Below, piece after piece: positions 8,112 through 17,356 of a DNA stretch of 32,000 bases. Origin of the DNA: Schaalia odontolytica (lineage in GTDB: Bacteria > Actinomycetota > Actinomycetes > Actinomycetales > Actinomycetaceae); assembly GCF_005696695.1 (NCBI RefSeq), contig NZ_CP040006.1, positions 1,620,001-1,652,000 on the forward strand, read 5' to 3'. The notes under the pieces were generated by a model, which had not been told where the DNA came from, made no database searches, and saw nothing but the letters and a program-made list of their open reading frames with translations. The position numbers and the translations under genes are program-made. Numbering within the stretch: position 1 is the stretch's first letter; each line of letters opens with the position of its first letter.

Positions 8112-10163
8112 ATGAATACTCCACTCCTTCAGATCAAAGATCTGCACACCGATATTGAGGTCCGCAACGGCGTGGTTCGCGCCCTCTCGGGTGTCGACCT
8201 GCACGTGAACCCGGGCGAGACCCTGGGCATCGTGGGCGAGTCCGGCTCCGGCAAGACCATGACGGCCCTGTCCCTCATGGGCCTGCTCCCCCAGGGCGGC
8301 AAGGTCTCCTCCGGCTCGATCATCCTCGACGGCCAGGACCTCACCCAGCTGCCCCTCAAGGAGAAGCGCAAGCTGCGCGGCACCAAGGTCGGCATGATCT
8401 TCCAGGATCCTCTCACCTCCCTGAACCCGACTATGAAGATCGGTCTTCAGGTGTGCGAGCCGCTGCGCGTGCACGAGAAGCTCTCGAAGCGGGAAGCACT
8501 CGCACGCGCCGTCGAGATCCTCAAGCGCGTCGGCATGCCTCGTCCCGAGGTGGTCATCAATAACTACCCGCACCAGCTCTCGGGCGGCATGCGTCAGCGC
8601 GTCATGATCGCCATGGCCCTCGTCTGCAAGCCGCGCATCCTCATCGCGGACGAGCCGACGACGGCCCTGGATGTCACGACGCAGATGCAGATCCTCGACC
8701 TCATCGACGAGCTGCGCGACGAGTACAAGATGGGCGTCATCCTCATCACCCACGACCTGGGTGTCGTGGCCGGTCACACCGACCGCGTCGCCGTCATGTA
8801 CGCCGGTCGTATCGTCGAGACCGCGCCGACGAAGACGCTGTTCACCGAGCCGAAGCACCGCTACACGAGCTCGCTGATGGCGGCACTGCCCGAGCGTGCG
8901 CTCGCAGCAGGCACCAAGCTCTTCTCGATTCCGGGCGCTCCCCCGTCGCTGACCAACCTGCCGGTGGGCTGCCGCTTCGCGGCCCGCTGCCTGTGGGCCA
9001 CCGACGAGTGCCGCGCCGGCTACCCGGACCTGAGCGGGGACGATACCCACACCTTCTCCTGCTTCCACCCGGTGCAGGAGGGCGACGAGTCCCCCGCGGT
9101 CCTCCAGGGCAAGCTGGATTCCACCAAGGCCGAGGAAACGACCTCGGATGTCCCGCAGATCTCCCACGACGTCCTGCTCGACGTCAAGGAGGCCTCGCGC
9201 GAGTACGAGTCGGCAGGCTCCGGCTTCTTCAAGCGCGAGAAGGGCGTCGTCTCCGCCGTCGACCGCGTGTCCATCACGGTCAAGAAGGGCGAGACCTACG
9301 GCCTCGTCGGCGAGTCCGGCTGCGGTAAGTCCACCGTGGGTCGCCTCATTGCCGGCCTCGAGCCCCCGTCGGGCGGCGCCATCGAACTCGACGGACGCGA
9401 CCTCGCCACGCTCAAGGGACGCGACGCTGTGCGCATCCACCGCGACGTGCAGATGATGTTCCAGGACTCCTACGCGGCAATGGACCCGCGCATGCGCATC
9501 GACCAGATCCTGGCCGAGCCCATGAGCATCCAGAAGACCGGCAACGCTCGCCAGATCGCCGAGCGCATCATGGAGATCCTCGAGCAGGTCGGCCTGACCG
9601 AAGAGGTCCTGGACCGCTACCCGCACGAGTTCTCGGGCGGTCAGCTCCAACGCCTCGGCTTCGCCCGTTCGCTGACCCTGGCTCCCGACCTGATCGTGGC
9701 CGACGAGCCCGTCTCGGCGCTTGACGTCTCCGTCCAGGCGCAGGTCCTCAACCTCATGAAGGATCTGCAGCAGGAGCTGGGCCTGTCCTACCTGTTCATC
9801 AGCCACGACCTGGCGGTCGTTCAGTACATGGCCGATCGCATCGGCGTCATGTACCTGGGCCGCATCGTCGAGGAGGGCCCCGCACACGAGGTCGTCAAGA
9901 ACCCGAAGCACCCCTACACGAAGGCGCTCATCGACTCGATCCCCGTGCCGGACCCCGAGTTCAAGCACGACGAGAGTGCCATCAAGCTCACCGGCGAGCC
10001 GCCGAGCGCCGTCAACCCGCCCGAGGGTTGCCGCTTCCGCCCGCGCTGCCCGTTCGCTGGCGAGGAGTGCAAGGTGCAGCCCATGCTCACGGATGAGACG
10101 CACCGCGTGGCGTGCCACCACCCGCTCCTGACGCTGAGCGTCAAAGAAGAGGTGAACGCCTAA
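8112..10163 (+). CDS. Fused double ABC ATPase (DppD-DppF/OppD-OppF fusion)
   Basis: 683 aa with two complete NBDs:
- Walker A GESGSGKT and GESGCGKST;
- signatures LSGGMRQR and FSGGQLQR;
- Walker B ILIADEPTTALD and LIVADEPVSALD.
Each NBD is followed by an oligopeptide-type C-terminal extension carrying four Cys. Confidence 0.92.
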   Translation: MNTPLLQIKDLHTDIEVRNGVVRALSGVDLHVNPGETLGIVGESGSGKTMTALSLMGLLPQGGKVSSGSIILDGQDLTQLPLKEKRKLRGTKVGMIFQDPLTSLNPTMKIGLQVCEPLRVHEKLSKREALARAVEILKRVGMPRPEVVINNYPHQLSGGMRQRVMIAMALVCKPRILIADEPTTALDVTTQMQILDLIDELRDEYKMGVILITHDLGVVAGHTDRVAVMYAGRIVETAPTKTLFTEPKHRYTSSLMAALPERALAAGTKLFSIPGAPPSLTNLPVGCRFAARCLWATDECRAGYPDLSGDDTHTFSCFHPVQEGDESPAVLQGKLDSTKAEETTSDVPQISHDVLLDVKEASREYESAGSGFFKREKGVVSAVDRVSITVKKGETYGLVGESGCGKSTVGRLIAGLEPPSGGAIELDGRDLATLKGRDAVRIHRDVQMMFQDSYAAMDPRMRIDQILAEPMSIQKTGNARQIAERIMEILEQVGLTEEVLDRYPHEFSGGQLQRLGFARSLTLAPDLIVADEPVSALDVSVQAQVLNLMKDLQQELGLSYLFISHDLAVVQYMADRIGVMYLGRIVEEGPAHEVVKNPKHPYTKALIDSIPVPDPEFKHDESAIKLTGEPPSAVNPPEGCRFRPRCPFAGEECKVQPMLTDETHRVACHHPLLTLSVKEEVNA

Positions 10164-10189
10164 CACACACGTTCATGCGAACTCCATGC

Positions 10190-10225
10190 GTTGCCCCCGG
10201 CCCGCTGATGCGAGCCGGGGGCAAC
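10190..10225 (+). terminator. Rho-independent-type terminator of the Dpp-like operon
   Basis: A perfect 12-bp stem: GTTGCCCCCGGC (10190-10201) and GCCGGGGGCAAC (10214-10225), with a 12-nt loop. It is followed by GTTATGTG (weak U-tract) and lies 27 nt after the ATPase stop. Confidence 0.7.
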
Positions 10226-10334
10226 GTTATGTGCGGCATCCACATCGCCGGGCCGTTATGCGCGTCTGAAGGGCGCAGGGCTGCGTCGCCCTCCTGGCGC
10301 CCTTCGCGGCGCCTCAGACAGGATGCGCCCCAGC

Positions 10335-10420
10335 GGGAACATTCCACCTGATCGGGAGCATTCAACCCGTTAGGGAAGATTCCACCCGATCAGAAGGGGT
10401 TGAATCTTCCCGATCGGGTG
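10335..10420. repeat. Three tandem 19-bp repeats plus one inverted copy (intergenic)
   Basis: The three units are GGGAACATTCCACCTGATC (10335-10353), GGGAGCATTCAACCCGTTA (10354-10372) and GGGAAGATTCCACCCGATC (10373-10391). Segment 10397-10411 (GGGTTGAATCTTCCC) is the reverse complement of the first 15 nt of the unit. It forms a 15-bp stem with one mismatch against unit 3. GATCGGGTG (10412-10420) mirrors the unit tail. Confidence 0.8.
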
Positions 10421-10708
10421 TAGCACCTCTTCGGCCACAAGCATCGTCGCGGAGCCGGCTGACCGCGCCCCTACCCCGTTCCTGTCAGTGATACCCTACC
10501 GGCGTTTATCGACACCCCGGCCGGGCGGCGCTGCACCGGTGAGGGGCATTGCACCAGTGAGGGAGCCTGACGCCAGGGGTACTAGTGGGGGGTTTGCATC
10601 ATTAGAAGCCTCCCTTCGGCGTGTCGCCGGCGTGTCGCGGCCCTAATGACGCAAATCCCCCGTTTGGCGGCGGTGAGGTCACGGTTTGGGGTGGTAAGGC
10701 GCCCACAT

Positions 10709-10771
10709 CGCAGACCACCTCGGTGAAAAACATTGAAAATGGGGTATTGCGGCTGAGGTGGTCTGCGTTTT
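10709..10771 (+). terminator. Orphan terminator-like hairpin with U-tract (possible 3' end of an unannotated small transcript)
   Basis: A perfect 13-bp stem: CGCAGACCACCTC (10709-10721) and GAGGTGGTCTGCG (10755-10767). It is immediately followed by TTTT (10768-10771). The loop is large (33 nt) and A-rich. There is no coding gene upstream on the + strand. Confidence 0.4.
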
Positions 10772-10922
10772 GGGCACAACGGTGCCTGGCCTGGTGTGTT
10801 GGTCGCACGCGAACCGCTGAATATGCGCATCAACCCCTTGATACGCACGTAAACCCGTAAATTGGCGCGTTAAACCTCTCATGTGAGCGTGGGCGGGGCT
10901 GCCCAGGCCAGCAGATACGCGT

Positions 10923-10952
10923 GTGGGGCACGACCACGCGGTCGTGCCCCAC
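10923..10952 (-). terminator. Terminator hairpin downstream of hup
   Basis: A perfect 13-bp stem: GTGGGGCACGACC (10923-10935) and GGTCGTGCCCCAC (10940-10952), with a 4-nt loop. It lies 25 nt after the hup stop on the minus strand. The U-tract is weak. Confidence 0.7.
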
Positions 10953-10976
10953 AGGCTATTCGCTAGTGTCAGCGCG

Positions 10977-11258
10977 TCACTTGGAGACGGCCTTCTTCAG
11001 CGTGGAGCCAGCGGAGAGCTTCACACCGTAGCCAGCGGGGATCTTGATCTCTTCGCCGGTGCGGGGGTTACGGCCGGTGCGGGCGGCGCGCTCAACACGC
11101 TCGACGGAGAGCAGACCGGTCACCTTGACGGCCTCGCCCTTAGCCAGGGACTCAACGAGGACGGCCTGGAAGGCGGCCAGGGCCTCGTCGGCCTTCGCCT
11201 TGGTCAGGTCGGCGCGTTCGGCAATCTGAGCGACAAGCTCGGTACGGTTCACGGACAT
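10977..11258 (-). CDS. hup: Nucleoid-associated DNA-binding protein HU (short form)
   Basis: 93 aa: MSVNRTELVAQIAERADLTKAKADEALAAFQAVLVESLAKGEAVKVTGLLSVERVERAARTGRNPRTGEEIKIPAGYGVKLSAGSTLKKAV. It contains the HU/IHF signature RNPRTGEEIxIPA. It is flanked by long non-coding regions, as is usual for highly expressed genes. Confidence 0.95.
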   Translation of the reverse strand: MSVNRTELVAQIAERADLTKAKADEALAAFQAVLVESLAKGEAVKVTGLLSVERVERAARTGRNPRTGEEIKIPAGYGVKLSAGSTLKKAVSK

Positions 11259-11562
11259 TGAGAAACCTCATTCCTGTTCGTTCTTGGTTACCACTGTCGT
11301 GGCCACGAATGACACACTACGAAATCTTTTGCGATTTTGCCGACTTTAGGGCCAGATTTCGCGGATTTCACGAAAATATCTCGTTTTTTTGCTCAAAAAC
11401 CGTCAATTCTGTGCGACAGGTCACTCAAACTTGCCGAGTGGTTGCAATTCTGCGGAACTCAAATGCGCTGCCACCGGCACGTTTTTCGGTAACAGGAACT
11501 TTCCCACACACCGAGGACACACCCCTCTCATTAGACCTGACAAACATAGACGACCGACATAC

Positions 11563-11600
11563 AAAAGGGCGGGGAGTGACCCTACGGCCACTCCCCGCCC
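11563..11600 (-). terminator. Rho-independent terminator of the sugar ABC operon
   Basis: A 12-bp stem: GGGCGGGGAGTG (11567-11578) and CACTCCCCGCCC (11589-11600). On the minus strand it is followed by TTTT (plus AAAA, 11563-11566). It lies 23 nt after the permease stop. Confidence 0.8.
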
Positions 11601-11622
11601 CGATGAGAAGCTTCGCGATGCC

Positions 11623-12798
11623 TCAGGCCGAGGCGCGCTGCTTGTTCCACACGTCGAAGGCGACAGCCAGGAGCAGGACAGCGCCCTTGACGATCTGCTG
11701 GGTGGAGGTGGAGGCACCCATGAGCTGCATGCCGTTAGACATGACGGCCATGATGAGGCCACCGATGAGGGCGCCGGACAGGCGACCGATACCGCCGGTC
11801 GTCGACGCACCACCGATGAAGCATGCGGCGATGGCGTCGAGCTCGAACATATTTCCGGCCGAGGGCTGTGCGCCGTTCATACGAGCCGAGTAGACAACGC
11901 CCGCAACACCCGCAAGGAAGCCCATGTTGACGTAGCACCAGAAGGTGACCTTCTTGACGTCGATGCCGGACAGGGCGGCAGCGGACTTGTTGCCACCGAT
12001 CGCGTACACGTCGCGGCCAAACATCGTCGAGGAGGCGAGGGTTCCGAAGACGAGAACGAGGATCGCCAGGAGGATCAGCACGATGGGCAGGCCGCGCTCG
12101 GTGGAGAGCTTGTAGGCAAACCACATGACGACGACGGCGGTCAGCACAATCTTCACGATGAAGAGCCACATCGCCTCAACCGCCTGGTTGTAGGAGATGC
12201 GGGCGCGGCGGGTGCGCAGCTGCTGGTAGGCGAAGCCCGCAACGCCGATGCCGAAGATCACCAGGGTGAAGACGTCGAAGCCGTTACCGCCCAGGAGGCC
12301 GTTCAGGAAGCCGTTGGCGATGTTGTAGTAGCCCTTCGGGAAGGGCGAGAGCGAGACGTTGTCGAGAACCTGGTAGGTCAGGCCACGGAAGAGGAGCATG
12401 CCGGCCAGGGTGACGATGAAGCCCGGGATGCCCACGTACGCGACCCAGAAACCCTGGAAAGCACCGATCAGGATACCCATGACGAGGGCGGCGACGACGC
12501 CGACCCACCAGGGGTAGCCCTGCTTGATGACGAGGACGCCACTGAGGGCGCCAGTCACGGCCACGACCGAGCCCACGGAAAGGTCGATCTGGGCCAGGAC
12601 GATGACGAAGAGCATGCCGATCGCGAGGATCAGGATGTAGGAGTACTGCAGGACGATATTCGTCAGGTTGCCCGACGACAGGAAGGTGTCGGGGTTGAAC
12701 GCCCAGAAGAGGACGACGATGGCGATGAACGCGATGAAGATGCCGCCCTGACGCAGGTTGGCCTTCAGCGTGTCAACCAGGCTGATTTCGGCGGTCAT
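11623..12798 (-). CDS. Monosaccharide ABC transporter permease (GguB/XylH/MglC-type, BPD_transp_2)
   Basis: 391 aa and polytopic, with typical family blocks ([26 protein letters not shown]). ATGA overlap with the ATPase gene at 12795-12798. Confidence 0.9.
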   Translation of the reverse strand: MTAEISLVDTLKANLRQGGIFIAFIAIVVLFWAFNPDTFLSSGNLTNIVLQYSYILILAIGMLFVIVLAQIDLSVGSVVAVTGALSGVLVIKQGYPWWVGVVAALVMGILIGAFQGFWVAYVGIPGFIVTLAGMLLFRGLTYQVLDNVSLSPFPKGYYNIANGFLNGLLGGNGFDVFTLVIFGIGVAGFAYQQLRTRRARISYNQAVEAMWLFIVKIVLTAVVVMWFAYKLSTERGLPIVLILLAILVLVFGTLASSTMFGRDVYAIGGNKSAAALSGIDVKKVTFWCYVNMGFLAGVAGVVYSARMNGAQPSAGNMFELDAIAACFIGGASTTGGIGRLSGALIGGLIMAVMSNGMQLMGASTSTQQIVKGAVLLLAVAFDVWNKQRASA

Positions 12799-14342
12799 TT
12801 CTGGTCCTCCCTTGCGGGTTCGATAGTCATGAGTTCCATGAGGTTTTCCTGGGTGGCGTCCTCGGCCTTGACCTCGCCGGTGATGCGGCCGTACGCCAGG
12901 GTGTAGATGCGGTCCGAGACGCCGAGGACTTCCTCGAGTTCGGAGGAGATGACGATGACGGCCTTGCCTTCTTCGACCATCTTGTTGATGAGCGTGTAGA
13001 TCTCGAACTTCGCGCCGACGTCGATGCCGCGCGTGGGTTCATCGAGGATGAGGACGTCTGCGTCCGTGTAGAGCCACTTGGACAGAACGACCTTCTGCTG
13101 GTTGCCACCCGACAGGGAGCCGGTCTTTTGGAGGACCGAGTTGGAGCGGATGTTCATCCGTTCCTTGTAGTCGGCGGCGACCGCCAGTTCCTTGTGCCCG
13201 TCGACGAGGCCTCGGCGCGAGAGCTTGAACAGGCCTGCGGTGGCCACGTTATGCCGGATGTCATCGATGAGGTTGAGACCGTATTGCTTGCGGTCCTCAG
13301 TCGCGTAGGCGATGCCATGCTTGATCGCGTCCGAGACGGTCTTGATCTTAATCTCTTTGCCATCCTTGAAGAGCTTGCCCGAGATACGCGCCCCGAAGGA
13401 GCGACCAAAAATACTCATCGCAAGCTCAGTACGTCCGGCACCCATGAGGCCAGCAATGCCGACGACCTCGCCATGACGCACGTTGAAGGAAGCACCGGAG
13501 ATCACGACACGCCCAGCCTGGGTCGGGTGATAGACGGTCCAGTCTTCCACACGGAAGACCTCCTCGCCGATCTCCACGTTGCGCTCGGGGTAGCGCTGGG
13601 TGAGGTCACGGCCGACCATGAGCGAGATGATCTTGCCCTGCGTGGAGGCCGGGTCCTTCATATCGATCGTCTCGATGGTCTGACCGTCGCGCAGGATCGT
13701 CGTACGGTCGGCGATCTCGGCGATCTCTCCGAGCTTGTGGGAGATGATGACGATGGCGACGCCCTGGTCACGCAGGCTGCGCACGAGGTCGAGGAGCTGG
13801 GCCGAGTCGTTGTCGTTGAGGGCGGCGGTGGGCTCGTCCAGGATCAGCAGGCGCACGTCCTTGGACAGGGCCTTGCCGATCTCGATGAGCTGCTGCTTGC
13901 CCACGCCGAGGGTGCCGACCTGGGTCGTCACGTTTTCCTTCAGGCCGACCTTTTCCAGGACCTTTTCAGCGCGGTGGTTGACCTCGTGCCAGTCGATGAG
14001 GCCGAGCTTGCGGGGCTTCTCAGCGCCCAGGAAGATGTTCTCCGCGATCGACAGGTAGGGAACGAGGGCCAGCTCCTGGTGAATGATGCCAATGCCGAGC
14101 GCCTCGGAGTCCTTGATGGAGCGGAATTGGACTTCCTTGCCATCGAAGATAATGGTGCCGTCGTACTGCCCGTGGGGGTAGACGCCGGAGAGAACCTTCA
14201 TAAGGGTGGACTTGCCGGCGCCGTTTTCGCCGCACAGGGCGTGGACTTCGCCGGGGCGGACATCAAGGTTGACGTGCTTGAGGACGGGCACGCCATTGAA
14301 ACCCTTGTCGATGTCACGCATTTCCAAAATGTTCTGCGTCAT
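12795..14342 (-). CDS. Monosaccharide ABC transporter ATP-binding protein, duplicated NBD (GguA/XylG/MglA-type)
   Basis: 515 aa. The first NBD has Walker [10 protein letters not shown], signature [13 protein letters not shown] and Walker [12 protein letters not shown]. The second NBD is degenerate ([23 protein letters not shown]), typical of the CUT2 family. Confidence 0.92.
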   Translation of the reverse strand: MTQNILEMRDIDKGFNGVPVLKHVNLDVRPGEVHALCGENGAGKSTLMKVLSGVYPHGQYDGTIIFDGKEVQFRSIKDSEALGIGIIHQELALVPYLSIAENIFLGAEKPRKLGLIDWHEVNHRAEKVLEKVGLKENVTTQVGTLGVGKQQLIEIGKALSKDVRLLILDEPTAALNDNDSAQLLDLVRSLRDQGVAIVIISHKLGEIAEIADRTTILRDGQTIETIDMKDPASTQGKIISLMVGRDLTQRYPERNVEIGEEVFRVEDWTVYHPTQAGRVVISGASFNVRHGEVVGIAGLMGAGRTELAMSIFGRSFGARISGKLFKDGKEIKIKTVSDAIKHGIAYATEDRKQYGLNLIDDIRHNVATAGLFKLSRRGLVDGHKELAVAADYKERMNIRSNSVLQKTGSLSGGNQQKVVLSKWLYTDADVLILDEPTRGIDVGAKFEIYTLINKMVEEGKAVIVISSELEEVLGVSDRIYTLAYGRITGEVKAEDATQENLMELMTIEPAREDQK

Positions 14343-14369
14343 GTTTACATTCCTCGAATCGGAAGGGGT

Positions 14370-14397
14370 GGGGTGCGGGGCGAGCGCCCCGCACCCC
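14370..14397 (-). terminator. Intra-operon GC-rich hairpin after the sugar SBP gene
   Basis: An inverted repeat: GGGGTGCGGGGCG (14370-14382) and CGCCCCGCACCCC (14385-14397). It lies between the SBP stop (14406) and the ATPase start (14342). There is no U-tract. Confidence 0.55.
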
Positions 14398-14405
14398 GTC
14401 GTCGC

Positions 14406-15590
14406 TTACTTCTTCACGACGCCCGCATCAACGTCGGCCTGGGTGAAGTAACCGGAGTCGATGAGCTTTTCCTTGAGGTTGTCGGCGTAGATGGTCTCGA
14501 CCTCGAGCAGGTAGGAGGGCACAACCTTCACACCGTTGTTGTAGGTGGTGGTGTCGTTGGCCTCGGGCTGCTTGCCCTCAGCCATCGCCTTGATGACCGT
14601 CACGGCCTGGGCGGCCAGGGTACGGGTGTCCTTGAAGATGGTGGACTGCTGGATGCCATCCGCAATCATCTTGGTGGAGGCGATCTCGGCGTCCTGGCCG
14701 GTCACGATGGGCAGGCCATCCTTGATGGCGGGGCCGTAGCCGGCGCCCTGGAGGGCGGTGATGATGCCGCGGGAGATACCATCGAAGGGCGAGAGCACGC
14801 CGGCGAGGGGCTCAGATCCACCGCCGTAGGTCGAGGTCAGCAGGTCCTCCATGCGCTTCTGGGCGACTTCCTGCTGCCAGCGCAGGATGGCGACCTGGTC
14901 GAAGCTGGTCTGGCCGGACTTCACGACGAGGGTGCCGTCGTCGAGGTAGGGCTTGAGGACGCTCATGGCGCCGTCGAAGAAGAACTTGGCGTTGTTGTCA
15001 TCGGGCGAACCGGCGAAGAGCTCGATGTTGAGCGGGCCCTTGGGGGCGTTATCGAGCTTCTTGCCGTCCTTGTCGGTCAGGCCCAGGCCGAACAGCAGAG
15101 CGTTGCCCTGTGCGACGCCGACCTTGAAGTTGTCGAAGGAGACGTAGAAGTCAACGTTCTCGTTGTCGCGGATGAGGCGGTCGTAAGCGATGACCGGGAT
15201 GTTCTTCGAACCTGCGGTGTCGAGCTGGCTCGACAGAGCCGTGCCGTCGATGGATGCAATGACCAGGATGGTGGCACCGTTGGTGATCATCTGGTCGATC
15301 TGCTGGGTCTGGGTGGGGATGTCGTCGTTGGCGAACTGGAGGTCAACCTCGTATCCGGCTGCCTCAAGGCCTTCCTTCACCGCGTTACCGTCGGCGATCC
15401 AGCGCTCCGAGGTCTGGGTCGGCATCGCGACGCCAACCTTGACCTTGCCGCCGTTCGAGGCCGCAGCGCCGCTATCGGAATTGGAAGCGCCACCGGCACC
15501 GCCGCCCGCGCATCCGCTCAGCGCAAGGGCACCGGCCGCAAAAGTGGCCGCAACCGTCGCCATCTTGCCAAAGAAACCACGTGTCTTCAT
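14406..15590 (-). CDS. Monosaccharide ABC transporter substrate-binding lipoprotein (ChvE / multiple-sugar-binding type, Peripla_BP_4)
   Basis: The ORF-track frame is 14406..15731. I place the start at ATG 15590 (MKTRGFFGKMATVAATFAAGALALSGCAGG, lipobox LSGC). AGGAGA lies 7 nt upstream on the minus strand. The mature part (KVKVGVAMPTQTSERWIADG...IPVIAYDRLI) is typical of the ChvE/XylF-like family. Confidence 0.88.
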   Translation of the reverse strand: MKTRGFFGKMATVAATFAAGALALSGCAGGGAGGASNSDSGAAASNGGKVKVGVAMPTQTSERWIADGNAVKEGLEAAGYEVDLQFANDDIPTQTQQIDQMITNGATILVIASIDGTALSSQLDTAGSKNIPVIAYDRLIRDNENVDFYVSFDNFKVGVAQGNALLFGLGLTDKDGKKLDNAPKGPLNIELFAGSPDDNNAKFFFDGAMSVLKPYLDDGTLVVKSGQTSFDQVAILRWQQEVAQKRMEDLLTSTYGGGSEPLAGVLSPFDGISRGIITALQGAGYGPAIKDGLPIVTGQDAEIASTKMIADGIQQSTIFKDTRTLAAQAVTVIKAMAEGKQPEANDTTTYNNGVKVVPSYLLEVETIYADNLKEKLIDSGYFTQADVDAGVVKK

Positions 15591-15710
15591 GGAATATCTC
15601 CTGTTAATTTCCTCGACATCACTGTCGATGAGTGTCACGTCTCCACACATCCGTCGTGTGGTCTGACAACTTTTACCATATGAGAGAGGGGACCCCCTCG
15701 CATTGCCCAA

Positions 15711-15748
15711 TTGATAACGTTCCAATAACAATTGTTAACGTTCACAAC
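15711..15748. promoter_or_regulatory. Two LacI-type operator-like sites upstream of the sugar SBP gene
   Basis: Site B, GTTAACGTTCAC (15734-15745), matches 11/12 positions of the perfect palindrome upstream of araD. Site A, GATAACGTTCCA (15713-15724), is weaker at 8/12. Both are centred on AACGTT, and their centres are 21 bp apart. Confidence 0.55.
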
Positions 15749-15828
15749 TTTAAGAACGGACATATACACAAAGGAATCCCCAGGCTGTGTGGGGCCAGAC
15801 GACCCCACACAGCCGATGTGAGAGGGTT

Positions 15829-17337
15829 TTACAGCCCCTCGGCGAGACGGTGGTACGCCTGGTTCCAGCGCACGCCGGAGGCAAAGTCGCGTCGCGTCGT
15901 CGACTCGTCGATGACGACGAGTTCCATGTGCGCCAGCGCCGCAAAGTTCTCCCACACCTCGGGCTCGATCTGCGTCGACATGCACGTGTGATGCGCTCCG
16001 CCAGCCGTCAGCCATGCCTCGACGGAGGTGTAGAAGTCAGGCTCGGGGATCCACATCGCACGGGCGACGGGGAGCTTGGGCATCGGCTGGGGAGGCTCGA
16101 TGACGTTGACAATGTTCGCGGTAAGGCGGAATCGGTCGCGCATGTCGGACATAGCGACGACGACGCCTCGTCCCGGAGCCGCATCGAAGACCATGCGAAC
16201 CGGATCCTCGCGATCCCCGATGCCCAGAGGATGAATCTCGATGCGCGGGCGGGCGTTCGTCAGCGAGGGGCACACCTCGAGCATGTGGGCGCCCAGGATC
16301 ATCTCGGAACCCTCGACGAGGTTGTAGGTGTAGTCCTCCATGAGCGAGGCACCGCCGGGCAGTCCCTCCCCCATCACCTTCGCGGCGCGCACGAGGACCG
16401 CGGTCTTCCAGTCCCCCTCGGCGCTGAAACCGTAGCCGACCTCGGTCAGGCGCTGCACGGCCAGGCCGGGGAGCTGACGGAGCCCGCCGAGGTCTTCGAA
16501 GTTGGTCGTGAAGGCCATTGCCCCGCGCTCTTCGAGGAAGGTGCGCAGCGCAATCTCCTCGCGGGCGGCGTAGCGCAGCGATTCCGCCCGATCCCCACCC
16601 GGGGCCAGCTCGGGGGCAACGTCGTAACGCTCGCAGTATTCGGCCACGAGGGCGTCGATGGCGGCCTCGTCCACGGCGTCAACGACGGCGACGAGGTCGT
16701 TGACCGACCACGTGTTGACCGAGACGCCGAGGCGACGCTCAGCCTCGGTCTTATCACCCTCCGTGACGGCCACGTTGCGCATGTTGTCACCGAAGCGCAC
16801 GACGCGCAGCTCATTGGTCGCCGCGAAACCGCCGGCCGCGCGCACCCAGTTGGCGACGCGACGACGCGTCTTCTCCTGCGAGGCATGACCGACGACCGTG
16901 GCGCGAGCCAGGCCCAGGCGCGTGAGGATGTAGGCGTATTCGCGGTCACCGTGCGCCGCCTGGTTCAGGTTCATGAAGTCCATGTCGATGCTACCCCAGG
17001 GGATCTCGACATTAGCCTGGGTCGCCAGGTGCAGCAGGGGCTTGCGCAGGACCTCGAGGCCGCGGATCCACATCTTCGCAGGGCTGAACGTGTGCATCCA
17101 GGAGATGACGCCGAGGACGCGGTCGTCCGCGCTGGCCTCGAGCATTGCTCGCTTGATGGCGTCGGAGTCCTTCAGGACGGGCTTCCATACGATCGGCGCG
17201 GGGAGCAGGTCTGATTCGTTGAGCAGGCGAACGACCTCTTGGGACTGCTTGGCGACCTGCGCCAGGGTTTCCTCGCCGTACAGGTCCTGGCTGCCGGTGA
17301 CGAACCAGACCTCGCGGCCCTCGTAGAAACTGGTCAC
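15829..17337 (-). CDS. araA: L-arabinose isomerase
   Basis: The ORF-track frame is 15829..17610, but its N-terminal 91 aa are Arg/Ser-rich junk overlapping araD. The start I chose is GTG 17337, preceded by AAGGAG. This gives (M)[24 protein letters not shown]..., the canonical AraA N-terminus, and ~502 aa, the expected size. Confidence 0.93.
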   Translation of the reverse strand: MTSFYEGREVWFVTGSQDLYGEETLAQVAKQSQEVVRLLNESDLLPAPIVWKPVLKDSDAIKRAMLEASADDRVLGVISWMHTFSPAKMWIRGLEVLRKPLLHLATQANVEIPWGSIDMDFMNLNQAAHGDREYAYILTRLGLARATVVGHASQEKTRRRVANWVRAAGGFAATNELRVVRFGDNMRNVAVTEGDKTEAERRLGVSVNTWSVNDLVAVVDAVDEAAIDALVAEYCERYDVAPELAPGGDRAESLRYAAREEIALRTFLEERGAMAFTTNFEDLGGLRQLPGLAVQRLTEVGYGFSAEGDWKTAVLVRAAKVMGEGLPGGASLMEDYTYNLVEGSEMILGAHMLEVCPSLTNARPRIEIHPLGIGDREDPVRMVFDAAPGRGVVVAMSDMRDRFRLTANIVNVIEPPQPMPKLPVARAMWIPEPDFYTSVEAWLTAGGAHHTCMSTQIEPEVWENFAALAHMELVVIDESTTRRDFASGVRWNQAYHRLAEGL

Positions 17338-17356
17338 GGTGAAATCTCCTTTGATG

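Noticed and set aside
10335-10420. Tandem 19-bp repeats considered as a CRISPR array
   Set aside because: The units are directly abutting with no spacers. There are only three copies plus one inverted copy. No cas genes or leader-like sequence are nearby.
10112-10882. Small ORFs in the 813-bp spacer (10112..10351+, 10141..10365-, 10582..10848-, 10602..10808-, 10621..10860+, 10679..10882-)
   Set aside because: They overlap each other in several frames. They have no RBS and no recognisable motifs. Their composition is biased toward Arg/Pro/Gly, typical of random high-GC frames.
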